This document shows positions 63,196 through 64,000 of a stretch of DNA of 64,000 nucleotides, one piece after another; position 1 is the stretch's first letter, and the number at the start of each line of letters is the position of its first letter. The stretch lies in NCBI RefSeq assembly GCF_004010195.1, contig NC_057711.1, positions 71,338,511 to 71,402,510 on the forward strand. The letters run 5' to 3'. Below the pieces are notes generated by a model. The model was not told the DNA's origin. It did no database searches and worked only from the letters and a program-made list of their open reading frames with translations. Both the position numbers and the translations under genes were made by a program. This DNA comes from Chiloscyllium plagiosum. Its lineage: Eukaryota.

Positions 63196-63770
63196 GTCCT
63201 CATGTTTAATGCAGATGCACAACTTTCCGCTCACTGTACTTTCATCACTGTGATAGAGGATACTCAAAAATAGCAATGGAACAGGGAGGGCTCACAGCAC
63301 TCAGAAGCACTGAAAGGATGTGAGGTAGGAATGACACAGAAGTAACATTCAGAAGATGAATGATAACTTGGTGGTTCCCATGTTGCAATGCATTCCTTAA
63401 TCTGATTCATATATCTTTGGCATGAGGATCATTCCGGTGCAAAGCTGCAGAGCCACGATGGAGTGGAAGTGCTCACTGTGTCACAGTCACTTTATCACTA
63501 AAGTTGGTCATGGACAAGGTTAGCATGGGCTCCTTCACTTCAGAAGTGAGGAAATCAGATTCACATTTGCCGGAACAACTGAACTTTTCATTGTGGAGAG
63601 TAAATTAACATTGACAACAAATAAATCAATTACCAATGTGGAAAACATCGGACATGGGGCTATCTGTCAACTGCTCAAATGAAATTATCATTTGCAAGTA
63701 CAAAGACTTCACCATGCTCAGACATCTGGAAGCGGGTGGTTAGAAGGTTCTCTCTGGCCTCTCGGACTTT
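63196..63770 (-). repeat. Right arm of the long inverted repeat (partner 57420-57955)
   Basis: Reverse-complement match, with an extra ~30 bp near 63575-63610. Confidence 0.92.
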
Positions 63771-64000
63771 CTGAAACACTATTCCATCGTCTTCTCTTTC
63801 ACAGTTCTTCTGACACATCTTAGGATCCTCACCCCCCCTCTTCTGGCTCAAAGGATTCTGTCATTCCTGCATCTTATCTTTATCTCACCCCTATTTGCTA
63901 ATTCAGACTGTGGAGTGAACAGTGCACCACTCCAGTCTGGGGGAACATCCTGTTGGCTATACTGCATGACACCACCCTTGGTCAAATCAAGGAGTGGACA

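Overview
Repeat-rich, gene-poor vertebrate DNA. The HE1-like SINEs and CR1/HER1-like LINEs point to a cartilaginous fish (shark); this is an inference. I could not recognise any host protein-coding exon, so the window looks intergenic or deep-intronic. It contains: (i) the 5' end of an L1-clade LINE (ORF1 plus 5'UTR with a YY1 motif); (ii) many CR1 fragments, including a young RT-bearing copy with an assembly gap; (iii) L2-like LINE remnants; (iv) seven HE1-like SINEs and other SINEs; (v) a solo LTR; (vi) decayed Harbinger transposase fossils; (vii) a truncated Penelope-like element (PLE) with RT and GIY-YIG domains. The most notable signal is a set of minimal hammerhead ribozyme motifs from about four PLE sequence families. 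Several lie in tiny ORF-less units, some with their own target-site duplication (TSD) or a long terminal hairpin. Other candidates are a composite templated insertion, a ~520-bp inverted repeat pair 5 kb apart, several TE-free CNE-like blocks and two possible minus-strand exons. No clearly novel protein-coding system is supportable. All identities and TE boundaries are by-eye estimates.
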